Assembly: GCA_963769145.1 (NCBI GenBank)
Contig: CAVYKS010000009.1
Coordinates: 586,919-650,918, forward strand
Direction of reading: 5' to 3'
DNA length: 64,000 bases
Source: an uncultured Actinomycetota bacterium
GTDB taxonomy: Bacteria; Actinomycetota; Actinomycetes; Streptosporangiales; Streptosporangiaceae
Of the stretch, positions 1-8,911 are shown one piece after another. The translations under genes and the position numbers were made by a program. The notes beneath the pieces were generated by a model. The model did no database searches. It had not been told where the DNA came from and was given only the letters and a program-made list of their open reading frames with translations. Position 1 is the stretch's first letter. Every line of letters starts with the position of its first letter.

Positions 1-83
1 CGGCCGGGCCTGAACTAGGGTCTCCTTGACCTTGACGCAACCGGATGGTTGCCATACGGTAGCAACCGTTCAGTTGCAAAATA

Positions 84-527
84 GTGGAGGCTCTCATGGG
101 ATTTCCTGACCGCATCGAGCGGACGGTGCAGATCGCTCGCCCGCCCGCCGACGTGTGGGCGGCACTCACCACGGCCGAAGGGCTGTCCGCGTGGTTCGGC
201 AACGAGGCGACGATCGACCTGCGCCCGGGCGGGTCAGCCCGGATGACCTGGACCGGCGGGGACAAGGCCGACATGCGGGTGGAACGGGTGGAGGAGCCGT
301 CGGTGTTCGGCTTCACCTGGCACATCTACGGGCTACCCGAGGAAGACCCGCGCCGTACCTATGTCGAGTTCACGCTTGAGCCGGCTGGCACCGGCACCCG
401 CCTGACCGTGGTCGAGTCCGGGTTCGCGCAGTTGCCGGAGGACGCGCACCGCGCGGCGTTCGACGGCAACACCAAGGGCTGGGCGAGCGAACTCGGTGAA
501 CTGGTCGACTACCTCGATGCCGCCTGA
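84..527 (+). CDS. SRPBCC-superfamily protein (Aha1/AHSA1-like small ligand-binding fold)
   Basis: 147-aa ORF. The N-terminal pattern IERTVQIARPPADVWAALTTAEGLSAWFG and the size are typical of AHSA1/SRPBCC proteins. It overlaps a downstream ArsR-type regulator, a common pairing. GTG at 84; ATG at 96 is an alternative start. Confidence 0.7.
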   Translation: MEALMGFPDRIERTVQIARPPADVWAALTTAEGLSAWFGNEATIDLRPGGSARMTWTGGDKADMRVERVEEPSVFGFTWHIYGLPEEDPRRTYVEFTLEPAGTGTRLTVVESGFAQLPEDAHRAAFDGNTKGWASELGELVDYLDAA

Positions 528-849
528 CGTCGAGACGATCGCCGAGCAAGTGTTCGTCGCCTTGGCCGATCCGACCCGGCGGGCGATCCTGGCCGCGCTG
601 GCCTCGGGAGGACCGGCCACGGCGACGGACCTTGCCGATCGACTGCCGATCACCCGGCAGGCGATCGCCAAGCACCTCGCGCTGCTGGCCGAGGTCGGCC
701 TCGTGACGGCTGAGCCTGGCGAGAGACGGCGGGTACGGTACCGGTTGCGATCGGCGCCGATGCAGATAGCCCAGCAGTTCCTGGCCGCGCTGGCGCGCGA
801 CTGGGATGGCCAGCTTGAGGCGTTGCGAGTCCACCTCGACGGGTCTTGA
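496..849 (+). CDS. ArsR/SmtB-family winged-helix transcriptional regulator
   Basis: Contains LADPTRRAILAALASGGPATATDLADRLPITRQAIAKHLALLAEVGLV, the classic ArsR HTH signature. The likely true start is ATG 517, overlapping the upstream stop at 525-527. Confidence 0.85.
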   Translation: MNWSTTSMPPDVETIAEQVFVALADPTRRAILAALASGGPATATDLADRLPITRQAIAKHLALLAEVGLVTAEPGERRRVRYRLRSAPMQIAQQFLAALARDWDGQLEALRVHLDGS

Positions 850-888
850 TCTCAACTGGCAGATCTCACTAGCAGGGGAGACAAAGCA

Positions 889-1614
889 ATGATCACGATG
901 AAGACACCTCCGATCGTCACGCCGCAGGCGTGGGAGGCGGCGCGGGAGCAGTTGCTCGTGAAGGAGAAGGAACTGACGTGGGCCAGGGACGCGCTCGCGG
1001 CCGAGCGGCGGCGGATGCCGTGGCTCGCCGTAGACAAGGAGTACGTGTTCGACGGGCCCGCTGGAAAGGCGAGTCTGCTCGACCTGTTCGAAGGGCGCCG
1101 GCAGCTCATCGTCTACCGCGCGTTCTTCGAACCGGGAGTGTACGGCTGGCCCGACCACGCCTGCCCGGGCTGCTCCCTGGTCGCCGACCAGGTCGCCCAC
1201 GCCGCCCACCTGAACGCCCGCGACACCACACTCGTGTTCGCCTCGCGTGCCCCGCAGCCGCAGATCGCGCGCGTGAAGGCGCGGATGGGCTGGGAGATTC
1301 CCTGGTACACCATGATCGACGAGTTCGACGCCGACTTCGGAGTGGACGAATGGCACGGGACAAACGCGTTCATCCGCGACGGCGACCAGGTATACCGCAC
1401 CTACTTCATTAACAACCGCGGCGACGAGACGATGGGCAGCACCTGGAGCTACCTGGATATCACCGCGCTCGGCCGCCAAGAGGAGTGGGAGGACTCACCG
1501 GAGGGCTATCCGCAAACCGCGCCGTACTCATGGTGGCGCTGGCACGACTCCTATGACTCGAGTTCGACTGAGTCGCCCACCACGACCGGGCCTGGCTCCA
1601 CGGTCGAGCCGTAG
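889..1614 (+). CDS. DUF899 thioredoxin-like family protein
   Basis: 241 aa. The N-terminus PPIVTPQAWEAAREQLLVKEKELTWARDALAAERRRMPW and the ACPGCS motif match my memory of the DUF899 family. Confidence 0.75.
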   Translation: MITMKTPPIVTPQAWEAAREQLLVKEKELTWARDALAAERRRMPWLAVDKEYVFDGPAGKASLLDLFEGRRQLIVYRAFFEPGVYGWPDHACPGCSLVADQVAHAAHLNARDTTLVFASRAPQPQIARVKARMGWEIPWYTMIDEFDADFGVDEWHGTNAFIRDGDQVYRTYFINNRGDETMGSTWSYLDITALGRQEEWEDSPEGYPQTAPYSWWRWHDSYDSSSTESPTTTGPGSTVEP

Positions 1615-2309
1615 ACTCCGAGCCCGCCGCCGCGATCCTGGGCTATGGCGCGCAGGATCGCCGGATTCCGGTGCAGCGTCACTGGGTCAATGGTGACCAT
1701 CACGCACCGCATGTCGCGCTTGTCCACCCGCATCCGCAGACCGCCGATTCGCAGGACGCGGCCGACCCAGGTGTCCTCGGGAAACTCACCCCCGCTGGCC
1801 TCCACCAGGAGGTTGGGCCGGAATCGAAGGGCGGTCAGGTTGGTGCTGGCGGGGTTGGTGCTGGGCGGGCCGGTGCTGGTCGGGTCGGTGCCGACCAGCC
1901 GGCCAAGATCGGTCAGGGATTGGGTGGTCAGCAGCGACAACGGCATCGTGTCGAAGATGCCACGGTACTGCTTCATGACGCGTACACCGGGCCCAAGCTC
2001 CGCCGCGAGCGCGGGGTCCGCCACGTCAAGCTCGACGCCAGAGGGCGTACGCACCAGGGTCACCGAGGCGTTGGGCTGATCCGGCTCGGCGAAACGGGGC
2101 CGGTAGCGGGCCATCTCGGGCCGCTGCCGGATCGTCAGCCACGGAAAGCCGTTGCGCACCTGCCCATCGCGGATGAACGCCCACCGGCGATCACCCGCGA
2201 CGCCGTGCCACGAGACATCGGCACTGTCAAGCTCCTCGGCCGCCATAGATTTGACCGGATATCGCCATAGCGCAGCAACGCGACCCACCACGGGCATGAC
2301 CGCCTCCAT
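1551..2309 (-). CDS. MOSC domain-containing protein
   Basis: The N-terminus VGRVAALWRYPVKSMAAEELDSADVSWHGVAGDRRWAF is typical of the MOSC beta-barrel. It has a Thr/Pro/Ser low-complexity insert. ATG at 2297 is an alternative start. The 3' end overlaps the convergent DUF899 gene by 64 nt. Confidence 0.8.
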   Translation of the reverse strand: MEAVMPVVGRVAALWRYPVKSMAAEELDSADVSWHGVAGDRRWAFIRDGQVRNGFPWLTIRQRPEMARYRPRFAEPDQPNASVTLVRTPSGVELDVADPALAAELGPGVRVMKQYRGIFDTMPLSLLTTQSLTDLGRLVGTDPTSTGPPSTNPASTNLTALRFRPNLLVEASGGEFPEDTWVGRVLRIGGLRMRVDKRDMRCVMVTIDPVTLHRNPAILRAIAQDRGGGLGVYGSTVEPGPVVVGDSVELES

Positions 2310-2474
2310 CGACTCGGAGGCGCCCTTTCCGATGAAAGCGGGTGTCGAGCGTGGCGGACCTAGTCCGTCGCAGCGCCCCTCGACCCCACTAGCGTGTCAG
2401 GTCTAACCTGCTTGAGCCACCCGTGGCCAGCGTCCGGCGCGGGGATCTCGGTGGTGGGTGGCGGCGCTGGGGGT

Positions 2475-2502
2475 GCGGAGGTCGGGGTGGCGGAGGTCGG
2501 GG
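2475..2502. repeat. G-rich tandem repeat, two units of gcggaggtcgggg with period 15
   Basis: Direct reading: gcggaggtcgggg at 2475-2487 and again at 2490-2502, inside a run of G-tracts (about 2440-2510) in non-coding DNA. Confidence 0.8.
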
Positions 2503-2801
2503 GTGGCGGCACGGCACGCTGCTGGCCGTGTTGGGTGCGTGCGGTAGCCGGGGCAGGCGGAAAGGTTGCGGGATCATGGGCCCACCCTGCCGCCGTGGGA
2601 GCCCGCTGAAAGGGGGGTCTGGTGGTGGGGGGTCGGCCCCAGCCCCGGTCCTAGCCCCAGCGTTGGGACGACGATGGCGCGATAGGACGCGCTTAGAAAT
2701 AACTCGCTGGCGTGTCGCGGCCGTCCCGGGCATCAACCAGCACCGCGGCCCGGCACCGCCGCCCTGGCCGGCGGCGCGGGCACTGCCCGCCCTCCTGGCC
2801 G

Positions 2802-2940
2802 CAGCGCGGGAACCTTGCTGCTGTCCGGGGAGCTGCCGGCCAGACAGCGCGGCCTCGCCGCTGCCGTCATAGCGACAGCGCGGGATAGTCGCTGTTCCCG
2901 GCCCGGGACAGGCCACCACAGCCCGGGAACCGTGCTGCTG
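2802..2940. repeat. Three copies of a 22-nt palindromic motif (CAGCGYGGGnnCCnnGCTGYTG family)
   Basis: cagcgcgggaaccttgctgctg at 2802-2823, cagcgcgggatagtcgctgttc at 2876-2897 (preceded by catagcga), and cagcccgggaaccgtgctgctg at 2919-2940. Related copies lie at 5588-5640 and 59296-59348, with a short form at 3434-3447. Confidence 0.75.
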
Positions 2941-3578
2941 CCTGCCAGCGGCTGCGATCAGCTCAAGCCAACCGGCATCGTGACAGGGCAGCACCATCGT
3001 GACAAGGCAGCAACGCCGGCCCGGCGAAGCTGCCCGGGACAGGGCAGAGCCAGCGTCTGCCACATAGCAGCTGGCCAGGTTGAGAACCTACGTGCTACTT
3101 CTACACGGGCACATGCACCAGCTTCGGGACGACGATGGGCCTGGCTGAGCCGGCCCGCTGGGAGGTGATGAGGCGGCCAGGTTCGCTGGCGCCTTGGCGG
3201 GTGAGCCGCATCTGGCCGAGAACATTTTGTCTGATGCCGCTAGCCGCTATCGAACGGCTCGCGAAGCTCCCAAGTCTGCGTAGAGCACATGCCTAAGCCG
3301 TTCCGTCTAACTTGACTCGGATTCGCGCAGAGTCCGGTCCGGGCTACGGAGTTCGGCGACGGACTCGACCAGGCCAGAGCGCTCCAGCCGGCCTAGGACG
3401 TCGTCAACTGTCATCGGCGGCCTGTTCGGATAGCAGCGGGGCTGCTGCGGGTGTCGGCTGAGTAATTCAGCTCAGCCGGGTTGAGTAATGGCGCGCTCCC
3501 GCGCAGGCGGTCACGGACCGACGATGAATATGCGGCTGCCGGGTTTGCGGCGGCCAGGTACATGAGGCTGCGGGAGAG

Positions 3579-4547
3579 GTGGATGCGGTGTCTGAGTCCA
3601 TGTCGGGGTTGCGCGGGCAGTTGGATCGGTGGACGGAAGCGGGGATCATCGATGTCGGCCAGGCCGCGAGGATCGAGTCTGCTGAGCAGGCGCGGGCTGG
3701 CGCGGGCGAGGTGACGGCCAGGGCGCGCCGCGGGTTCCCGCTCATCGCCGAGGTGTTCGGCTACCTGGGCGCGGCGGTCGCGATCTCGGCTGGCTACGTC
3801 GCGGTCGAGCAGCTGTGGCCTCGGGTGCCGACGGCCGTGGCGCTGTCGTTCACGGCGGTCGTGGCGGTCGGCCTGATCGTGAGCGGCGGGGTGCTGCGGA
3901 CGCGCGGCGAGCCCGCGTTTGCCCGGCTGAGAAGCGTGCTGTGGCTGCTAGCCACCGTGGCTGGGGCCGGGTTCGCCGAGATCTTGGCGAGCAAGGTGCT
4001 TCACCTGGGTGATCACGGCATCCTGCTGACATCCGCCGCGGTGTGGACTGGTCTGGCGATCGTGCTGTGGTGGCGCGGGGAGTCAGCGGTTCAGCACGTG
4101 GTGATGTTCGGCGGGCTGGTCGCGCTTTTCAGCGCAGTGCTTCACCAGGTGGATCCGGGCCTGGCCGTAACCGGATACGGCACCGGCATCTGGGTGCTGT
4201 CGGGGATCTGGGGCCTGGCCGCTTACCGCGGTTATCTCGCTCCGCCGGCGGCCGGGCTGGCGGCCGCGTCCAGCGGTGTCCTGGCCGGGGCCACGATGAC
4301 GATGGGCAGCGCGGCGGGGCCGGCCCTGGCTGTACTGACCGTGGCCGGGCTGCTCGCCATCGGCGCGGTGATGCACCGGGTGATGTTCACCGGCTTCGGC
4401 GCCGCCGGCACGCTATGGGTGATACCAGTGACCGCGAACCGGTACTTGCCTGGATCGGTCGCCGCGCCATTGGCCGTCGCAGCTGTCGGCCTGGTCTTGC
4501 TCGCGGTCGCGCTGTGGCTGGCCAAGGCCCGAAAGAGGACGGCGTAA
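3579..4547 (+). CDS. Polytopic membrane protein (DUF2157-like)
   Basis: 322-aa ORF. A soluble N-terminal segment MSGLRGQLDRWTEAGIIDVGQAARIE is followed by about 9 hydrophobic helices. The likely start is ATG 3600. The family call is from memory of the N-terminal motif only. Confidence 0.5.
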   Translation: MDAVSESMSGLRGQLDRWTEAGIIDVGQAARIESAEQARAGAGEVTARARRGFPLIAEVFGYLGAAVAISAGYVAVEQLWPRVPTAVALSFTAVVAVGLIVSGGVLRTRGEPAFARLRSVLWLLATVAGAGFAEILASKVLHLGDHGILLTSAAVWTGLAIVLWWRGESAVQHVVMFGGLVALFSAVLHQVDPGLAVTGYGTGIWVLSGIWGLAAYRGYLAPPAAGLAAASSGVLAGATMTMGSAAGPALAVLTVAGLLAIGAVMHRVMFTGFGAAGTLWVIPVTANRYLPGSVAAPLAVAAVGLVLLAVALWLAKARKRTA

Positions 4548-4584
4548 CCCATCGGCCCCCGGGGCCCTGCGAGCCCGGACGGAC

Positions 4585-5223
4585 TCAATTTGCTGGGCGG
4601 CGGAACTCGGCGCGCCAGCGGCGCGGCCATGGCATCTGCGGGTCGGTGAGATCTTCGATTTGGACCGGTTCCAGGCCGCCGTCGGCGAGGGCGTCGATCT
4701 CTGCCCGGGTCAGCGCCCACGGTGGCCCGTGGACCGGTTGCTCCGGCTCGCGGGCCCTGGCGATGACGATCAGCGTCCCGCCCGGCGCCACGAGGCCGCC
4801 AAGCCGGGCGATGGCATCGCGCCTGGGCGGGTCGGGCAGCGCCTGCAAGATCAGGCTCTCCACGACCAGGCCGAACGCCTGCTGAAATGCGGTCGGCGGG
4901 TTCAGCAGATCCGCGGTCTGGTAGTGGACCGCCGAGTCGGGGAACCGGCGTCGCGCGGTGGCGATCGCGGTAGGCGAGATGTCGAAGGCAGTGGTCTGGA
5001 AGCCGAGTTCGGCAATGAACTCCGCGTCGTCGCCGAGTCCGCAGCCGACGACCACGGCGCTATGGCCCGCGCCGCGCGGGGCGCGGGCCGTTAGCCATTG
5101 AGTGAGGTAGCGGCTTGGCGCTCCCCGGTCCCACGGCACCGCCGTCTCGCCCGCAGCCGCAGCCGCATACAACCGCTCGAACCAGCCGGTCGGATCGCCG
5201 GCGGCGATCGACTCTGCCGCCAT
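4585..5223 (-). CDS. Class I SAM-dependent methyltransferase
   Basis: Motif I is VVVGCGLGDDAEFIAELGF, followed by AFDISPTAIATARRRFP. The longest ORF runs to 5406, but that part overlaps the upstream gene. I prefer ATG 5223 (MAAESIAAGDPTGWFERLY). Confidence 0.75.
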   Translation of the reverse strand: MAAESIAAGDPTGWFERLYAAAAAGETAVPWDRGAPSRYLTQWLTARAPRGAGHSAVVVGCGLGDDAEFIAELGFQTTAFDISPTAIATARRRFPDSAVHYQTADLLNPPTAFQQAFGLVVESLILQALPDPPRRDAIARLGGLVAPGGTLIVIARAREPEQPVHGPPWALTRAEIDALADGGLEPVQIEDLTDPQMPWPRRWRAEFRRPAN

Positions 5224-5293
5224 CCGGCCGGCGACCTGTTCAGCGTCCTCTAGCCCAGTCACGTCTTCGATGGTAAACGTCAGCGAGTTTCTG

Positions 5294-5680
5294 TCAGGCC
5301 GGCTCCCACCGCCACCCGTCGTTGTCTTCGCACACGATTTTCTCGCCATCGCCAGCGAGCCCTGAAGCGCCGTGATCAGAGTCGCGGCAGAACTCGCCGG
5401 GCTCATAGCAGGTTCCCTCGTTGCTCAGCGGGTAACACGAGGCGGCTGTCGATGGCTGCGGGACCGGAGTCGGAGCTGGTGTGGCGCTGTGACGGGCGCG
5501 GGGCCGAGGTGTAGTGCTGTGACGGGCGCGCGGCCGTGGTCTGTGTGGGGCTCGGTGCCCGGGGCTCGTCTGTGGGGCTGGCTCCCCGGACAGCGTGGGC
5601 CCCCCGCTGTCGCTATAGCAGCAGCTAGGGGCCCACGCTGCGGGCAGACTGCCGTTGCCCCACCGCCCCCAGGTACGCAC
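5294..5680 (-). CDS. Small Cys-containing protein with Pro/Arg/Thr repeat linker, possibly 5'-truncated
   Basis: The C-terminal 45 aa, CYPLSNEGTCYEPGEFCRDSDHGASGLAGDGEKIVCEDNDGWRWEPA, carry 4 Cys. They are preceded by a 30-nt (10-aa) tandem repeat (about 5484-5543). There is no signal peptide, and the predicted 5' part coincides with a dispersed palindromic element. Confidence 0.35.
   Translation of the reverse strand: MRTWGRWGNGSLPAAWAPSCCYSDSGGPTLSGEPAPQTSPGHRAPHRPRPRARHSTTPRPRARHSATPAPTPVPQPSTAASCYPLSNEGTCYEPGEFCRDSDHGASGLAGDGEKIVCEDNDGWRWEPA
5588..5640. repeat. Composite palindromic element (two 22-nt motifs around tcgctatag)
   Basis: A perfect 13-bp inverted repeat: cagcgtgggcccc (5591-5603) and ggggcccacgctg (5628-5640). 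The reverse complement of 5619-5640 is cagcgtgggcccctagctgctg, 21/22 identical to 59327-59348. Confidence 0.8.
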
Positions 5681-5761
5681 TAAGTCCCGCCAGTTCAGGT
5701 CGTTACTGGGAGCCCGCCGCTGCCGGTGAACTGATCTCAGAACTGTCTACCCGCGTAGTCC

Positions 5762-7999
5762 ATGCGGTCACGCTATGCCGGACGTGGCCCCGAAGCGTCC
5801 CTGCGGCGGATCGTCACGCGGATATCACGCTTTGCTGATACCAATGGCCGCATGACTTCCACACCTGGCCCGGGCCCCTCAGCAACGGATGACCAGGTCA
5901 TGGCAGCAGCGCAACGCTGCCTGCGTGCCCTGGCGGGCCAGCAGGCCAGCCTGCGCCCCGATCAGTGGAGCGCGATCAAGGCACTCGTGGTTGATCGTCG
6001 TCGGGCCCTAGTCGTGCAGCGCACCGGGTGGGGGAAGTCGGCTGTGTACTTTATCGCCACGGCCTTGCTGCGGGAGCGGGGCGAGGGTCCGACCGTCATC
6101 GTGTCGCCGCTGCTGGCGCTGATGCGCAACCAGATCGCTGCCGCCGAGCGAGCCGGGATCCGGGCGGCCACCATCAACTCGTCCAACAACGAGGATTGGG
6201 AGGAGATCTACGCCGAGATCCGGGCCGGCCAGGTCGACGTCCTGCTTGTCAGCCCCGAACGGCTCAACAACCCAAGCTTTCGTGACCTGATCCTGCCCCG
6301 CCTCGCCAACTCGGCTGGGATGATCGTCATCGACGAGGCGCATTGCATATCCGACTGGGGCCACGACTTCCGGCCTGACTACCGACGCCTGCGCGACGTG
6401 GTAGCGGGACTCCCGCACGGCGTGCCGGTGCTCGCCACCACCGCGACCGCCAACGCACGGGTCACCCGTGACGTGGCGGAACAGCTCGGCACCGGCCGGG
6501 GTGACCCATTGCCGACGCTGGTCCTGCGCGGTCCGCTTGACCGCGACAGCCTGCAGTTGTCCGTGCTGCGGCTACCGCAAGCGGCCTTGCGGCTGGGCTG
6601 GCTGGCTGACTACCTCGGCGGCCTGCCTGGCTCTGGCATCGTCTACACGCTGACCGTGGCCGCCGCCCATGAGGTGGCGGAATTCCTGCGGGACAGGGGA
6701 TATGCGGTTGAGGCGTACACCGGCCAGACGGACCCGGCGCAGCGTCTGGACATAGAGGAAAGCCTGCTCACTAACAAACTCAAGGCCGTTGTGGCGACCA
6801 GCGCGCTTGGCATGGGATACGACAAGCCAGACCTCGGCTTCATCGTTCATCTGGGGGCGCCGCAGTCGCCGGTTGCCTACTACCAGCAGATCGGGCGGGC
6901 GGGCAGGGGCGTGGAACACGCCGAGGTGATCCTGCTGCCCGCCACTGAGGATCGTGACATCTGGGCATACTTCGCCAGCCTGGCTTTCCCGCCAGAACGT
7001 GTGGTCCGCGCCACCCTTGACGCACTAGCGGGGGCCAGCGGACCGCTCTCGCTGGCGGCGCTGGAGGCACAGGTCGACCTGGGGCGCAGTCGCCTAGAAG
7101 CCATGCTGAAGGTGCTCGACGTCGACGGCGCTGTCCGCCGGGTGGGACGCGGCTGGGAGGCGACCGGCGAGGACTGGGCCTACGACGCCGAACGTTACGC
7201 ACGCGTGGCCGCCGAACGAGCGCGCGAACAGCAGGCCATGCTCGGCTACGTGGCGACCACCGGCTGTCGCATGGACTACCTGCGCCGCGAACTCGACGAT
7301 CCGGCCGCTGCCCCCTGCGGCCGCTGCGACAACTGCACCGGCGACGCCCGCACGGCAACGGTCAGCCAGGCCAGCGAGGACACCGCCCGTACCCGGCTCC
7401 AGCGTCCAGGCGTAACGCTCCAGCCCCGGCGAATGTGGCCGTCAGGGATGTCGAAGCTCGGGGTAGCCGCCACTGGCCGCATATCCGCTGGGGAGGCAGC
7501 AGAGCCTGGTCGCAGCGTTGGGCGCCTGACAGACATCGGCTGGGGTGTAACGCTGCGCCGGTTGCTGGCCGATGGCGCACCCGACCAGGCCGTCCCCGAC
7601 AATCTCTTCAACGCCGTGGTGCAGGTGCTCGCCGCCTGGGACTGGGACAGCCGCCCGATCGCGGTCGCAACCGTGCCGTCGCGCACCAGGCCCACCATGA
7701 TCGCCGCCCTGGGTGAGCGGATCGCGGCCACCGGCAAGCTGACCCACCTCGGCAGCCTCGACTACCTGGGCGGCGAACCGCCAGGACGCCAGCACAACAG
7801 CGCCCAGCGGCTAGCCGCGCTAACGCGGACCCTCACGGTGCCCGACCCGCTTGCGGCCGCTTTGGCCAAGACCGACGGGCCGGTGCTGCTGGTGGATGAC
7901 CGGGTCGACACCGGCTGGACCATGACGTTCGCCACCAAGCTCCTCCGCGACTGCGGTGCCCCGGCCGTGCTCCCGTTCGCGCTCGCGGTCACCAACTGA
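5762..7999 (+). CDS. recQ: RecQ-family ATP-dependent DNA helicase with C-terminal phosphoribosyltransferase-like (ComF-like) domain
   Basis: Motif I is QRTGWGKSAVY and motif II is VIDEAHCISDWGHDFRPDY (the RecQ signature). A zinc cluster CRMDY...CGRCDNC follows. The C-terminus VLLVDDRVDTGWTMTFATKLLRDCGA resembles the PRPP-binding loop of type I PRTases. The likely start is ATG 5852. Confidence 0.85.
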   Translation: MRSRYAGRGPEASLRRIVTRISRFADTNGRMTSTPGPGPSATDDQVMAAAQRCLRALAGQQASLRPDQWSAIKALVVDRRRALVVQRTGWGKSAVYFIATALLRERGEGPTVIVSPLLALMRNQIAAAERAGIRAATINSSNNEDWEEIYAEIRAGQVDVLLVSPERLNNPSFRDLILPRLANSAGMIVIDEAHCISDWGHDFRPDYRRLRDVVAGLPHGVPVLATTATANARVTRDVAEQLGTGRGDPLPTLVLRGPLDRDSLQLSVLRLPQAALRLGWLADYLGGLPGSGIVYTLTVAAAHEVAEFLRDRGYAVEAYTGQTDPAQRLDIEESLLTNKLKAVVATSALGMGYDKPDLGFIVHLGAPQSPVAYYQQIGRAGRGVEHAEVILLPATEDRDIWAYFASLAFPPERVVRATLDALAGASGPLSLAALEAQVDLGRSRLEAMLKVLDVDGAVRRVGRGWEATGEDWAYDAERYARVAAERAREQQAMLGYVATTGCRMDYLRRELDDPAAAPCGRCDNCTGDARTATVSQASEDTARTRLQRPGVTLQPRRMWPSGMSKLGVAATGRISAGEAAEPGRSVGRLTDIGWGVTLRRLLADGAPDQAVPDNLFNAVVQVLAAWDWDSRPIAVATVPSRTRPTMIAALGERIAATGKLTHLGSLDYLGGEPPGRQHNSAQRLAALTRTLTVPDPLAAALAKTDGPVLLVDDRVDTGWTMTFATKLLRDCGAPAVLPFALAVTN

Positions 8000-8014
8000 C
8001 CACGGCGCCGACCG

Positions 8015-8854
8015 TTACGGCTTACGGGCGACTCCGACGAGGCCGCCGAAGCTAGCGGACGCCGGTAGCGGGGCGGAATCCGGGCGCCAGCGTGCCGGGG
8101 CGACGATCCCGGGCTCGATGAGGTCAAGGTCATCGAAGAAGCCCGCGAACGCGGCGGGGCTGCGCAGGTGATACGGGACCGCGCCGCTGTTCTTATACAA
8201 CTCCATCGACCGTACGGCGTCTTCGTCGTCGTCGGTCCCGTCCGACAGGGCCAGGTAGCTGCCCGGCGACAAGGCGTCTACGAGTCGCCGCACGCACGCA
8301 TGCGCCTCGTCGTCATCCTCGACGTGTCCCATGCTCCCGTTAAACATCAAGGCGACGGGCTTGGTGAAATCCAGCGTCCTGGCGGCCTCGGACACAATGC
8401 GGGCGGTGTCGTGCAGGTCCGCGTCGACAAAGTCGCAGGCACCCTCGGCGCTACTGGTCAGCAACTCCCGGGCGTGGATGATAACCAGGGGGTCCTTGTC
8501 CACGTAGACGATCCGGGACTCCGGCGCGATCCGCTGCGCCACCTGGTGCGTGTTGTCCGCGGCCGGCAGGCCGGCGCCAACGTCGAGGAACTGGCGGATT
8601 CCTGCCTCGCCCGCCAGGTAGCCGATGGCGCGGATCTGGTAGGCGCGGGAGATCCTGGCAGTATCGCGTATGTGCGGATCTAGCTGCGCGACCTGGTCCC
8701 CGACGACACGGTCGATCTCGTAGTTGTCCGTGCCGCCCAGCCAGTAGTTCCAAATCCTGGCCGAATGCGGAACCGTGACATCAATCTTGTCTAATGCCTC
8801 TTGGCTCACGCCGGAACGGTCATCAGCCGTCAGGAACACCTCGCTGTCGGCCAA
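8015..8854 (-). CDS. SAM-dependent methyltransferase, DUF574 family
   Basis: The hallmark PHSARIWNYWLGGTDNYEIDR is near the N-terminus, followed by FLDVGAGLP (motif I). Confidence 0.8.
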   Translation of the reverse strand: MADSEVFLTADDRSGVSQEALDKIDVTVPHSARIWNYWLGGTDNYEIDRVVGDQVAQLDPHIRDTARISRAYQIRAIGYLAGEAGIRQFLDVGAGLPAADNTHQVAQRIAPESRIVYVDKDPLVIIHARELLTSSAEGACDFVDADLHDTARIVSEAARTLDFTKPVALMFNGSMGHVEDDDEAHACVRRLVDALSPGSYLALSDGTDDDEDAVRSMELYKNSGAVPYHLRSPAAFAGFFDDLDLIEPGIVAPARWRPDSAPLPASASFGGLVGVARKP

Positions 8855-8911
8855 ATTTCGCGGATCTGAATACGATCCGCCTCCTTAGCCGCTAAACATA
8901 GCCCCGCCCGG

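Noticed and set aside
2440-2510. G-quadruplex-forming potential of the G-tract block.
   Set aside because: Runs of 3-5 G are present, but in this GC context such runs are common. There is no way to evaluate folding or function from sequence alone.
2802-2940. Possibility that the repeated 22-nt motifs form a CRISPR array.
   Set aside because: There are only two or three copies per site, and spacing is irregular (9, 21, 52 nt). The copies are imperfect and in mixed orientation, and no cas genes are present. It is not a CRISPR.
2389-3063. 224-aa ORF (and overlapping ORFs on both strands) in the 2.3-3.6 kb region.
   Set aside because: The composition is Pro/Arg-rich, with no start context or motif, and it overlaps repeat elements. 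I treat it as non-coding.
3311-3413. 35-aa minus-strand ORF (MTVDDVLGRLERSGLVESVAELRSPDRTLRESESS) in the lower-GC patch.
   Set aside because: It is too short and has no SD or recognisable family. It is possibly a fragment and is not reported as a gene.
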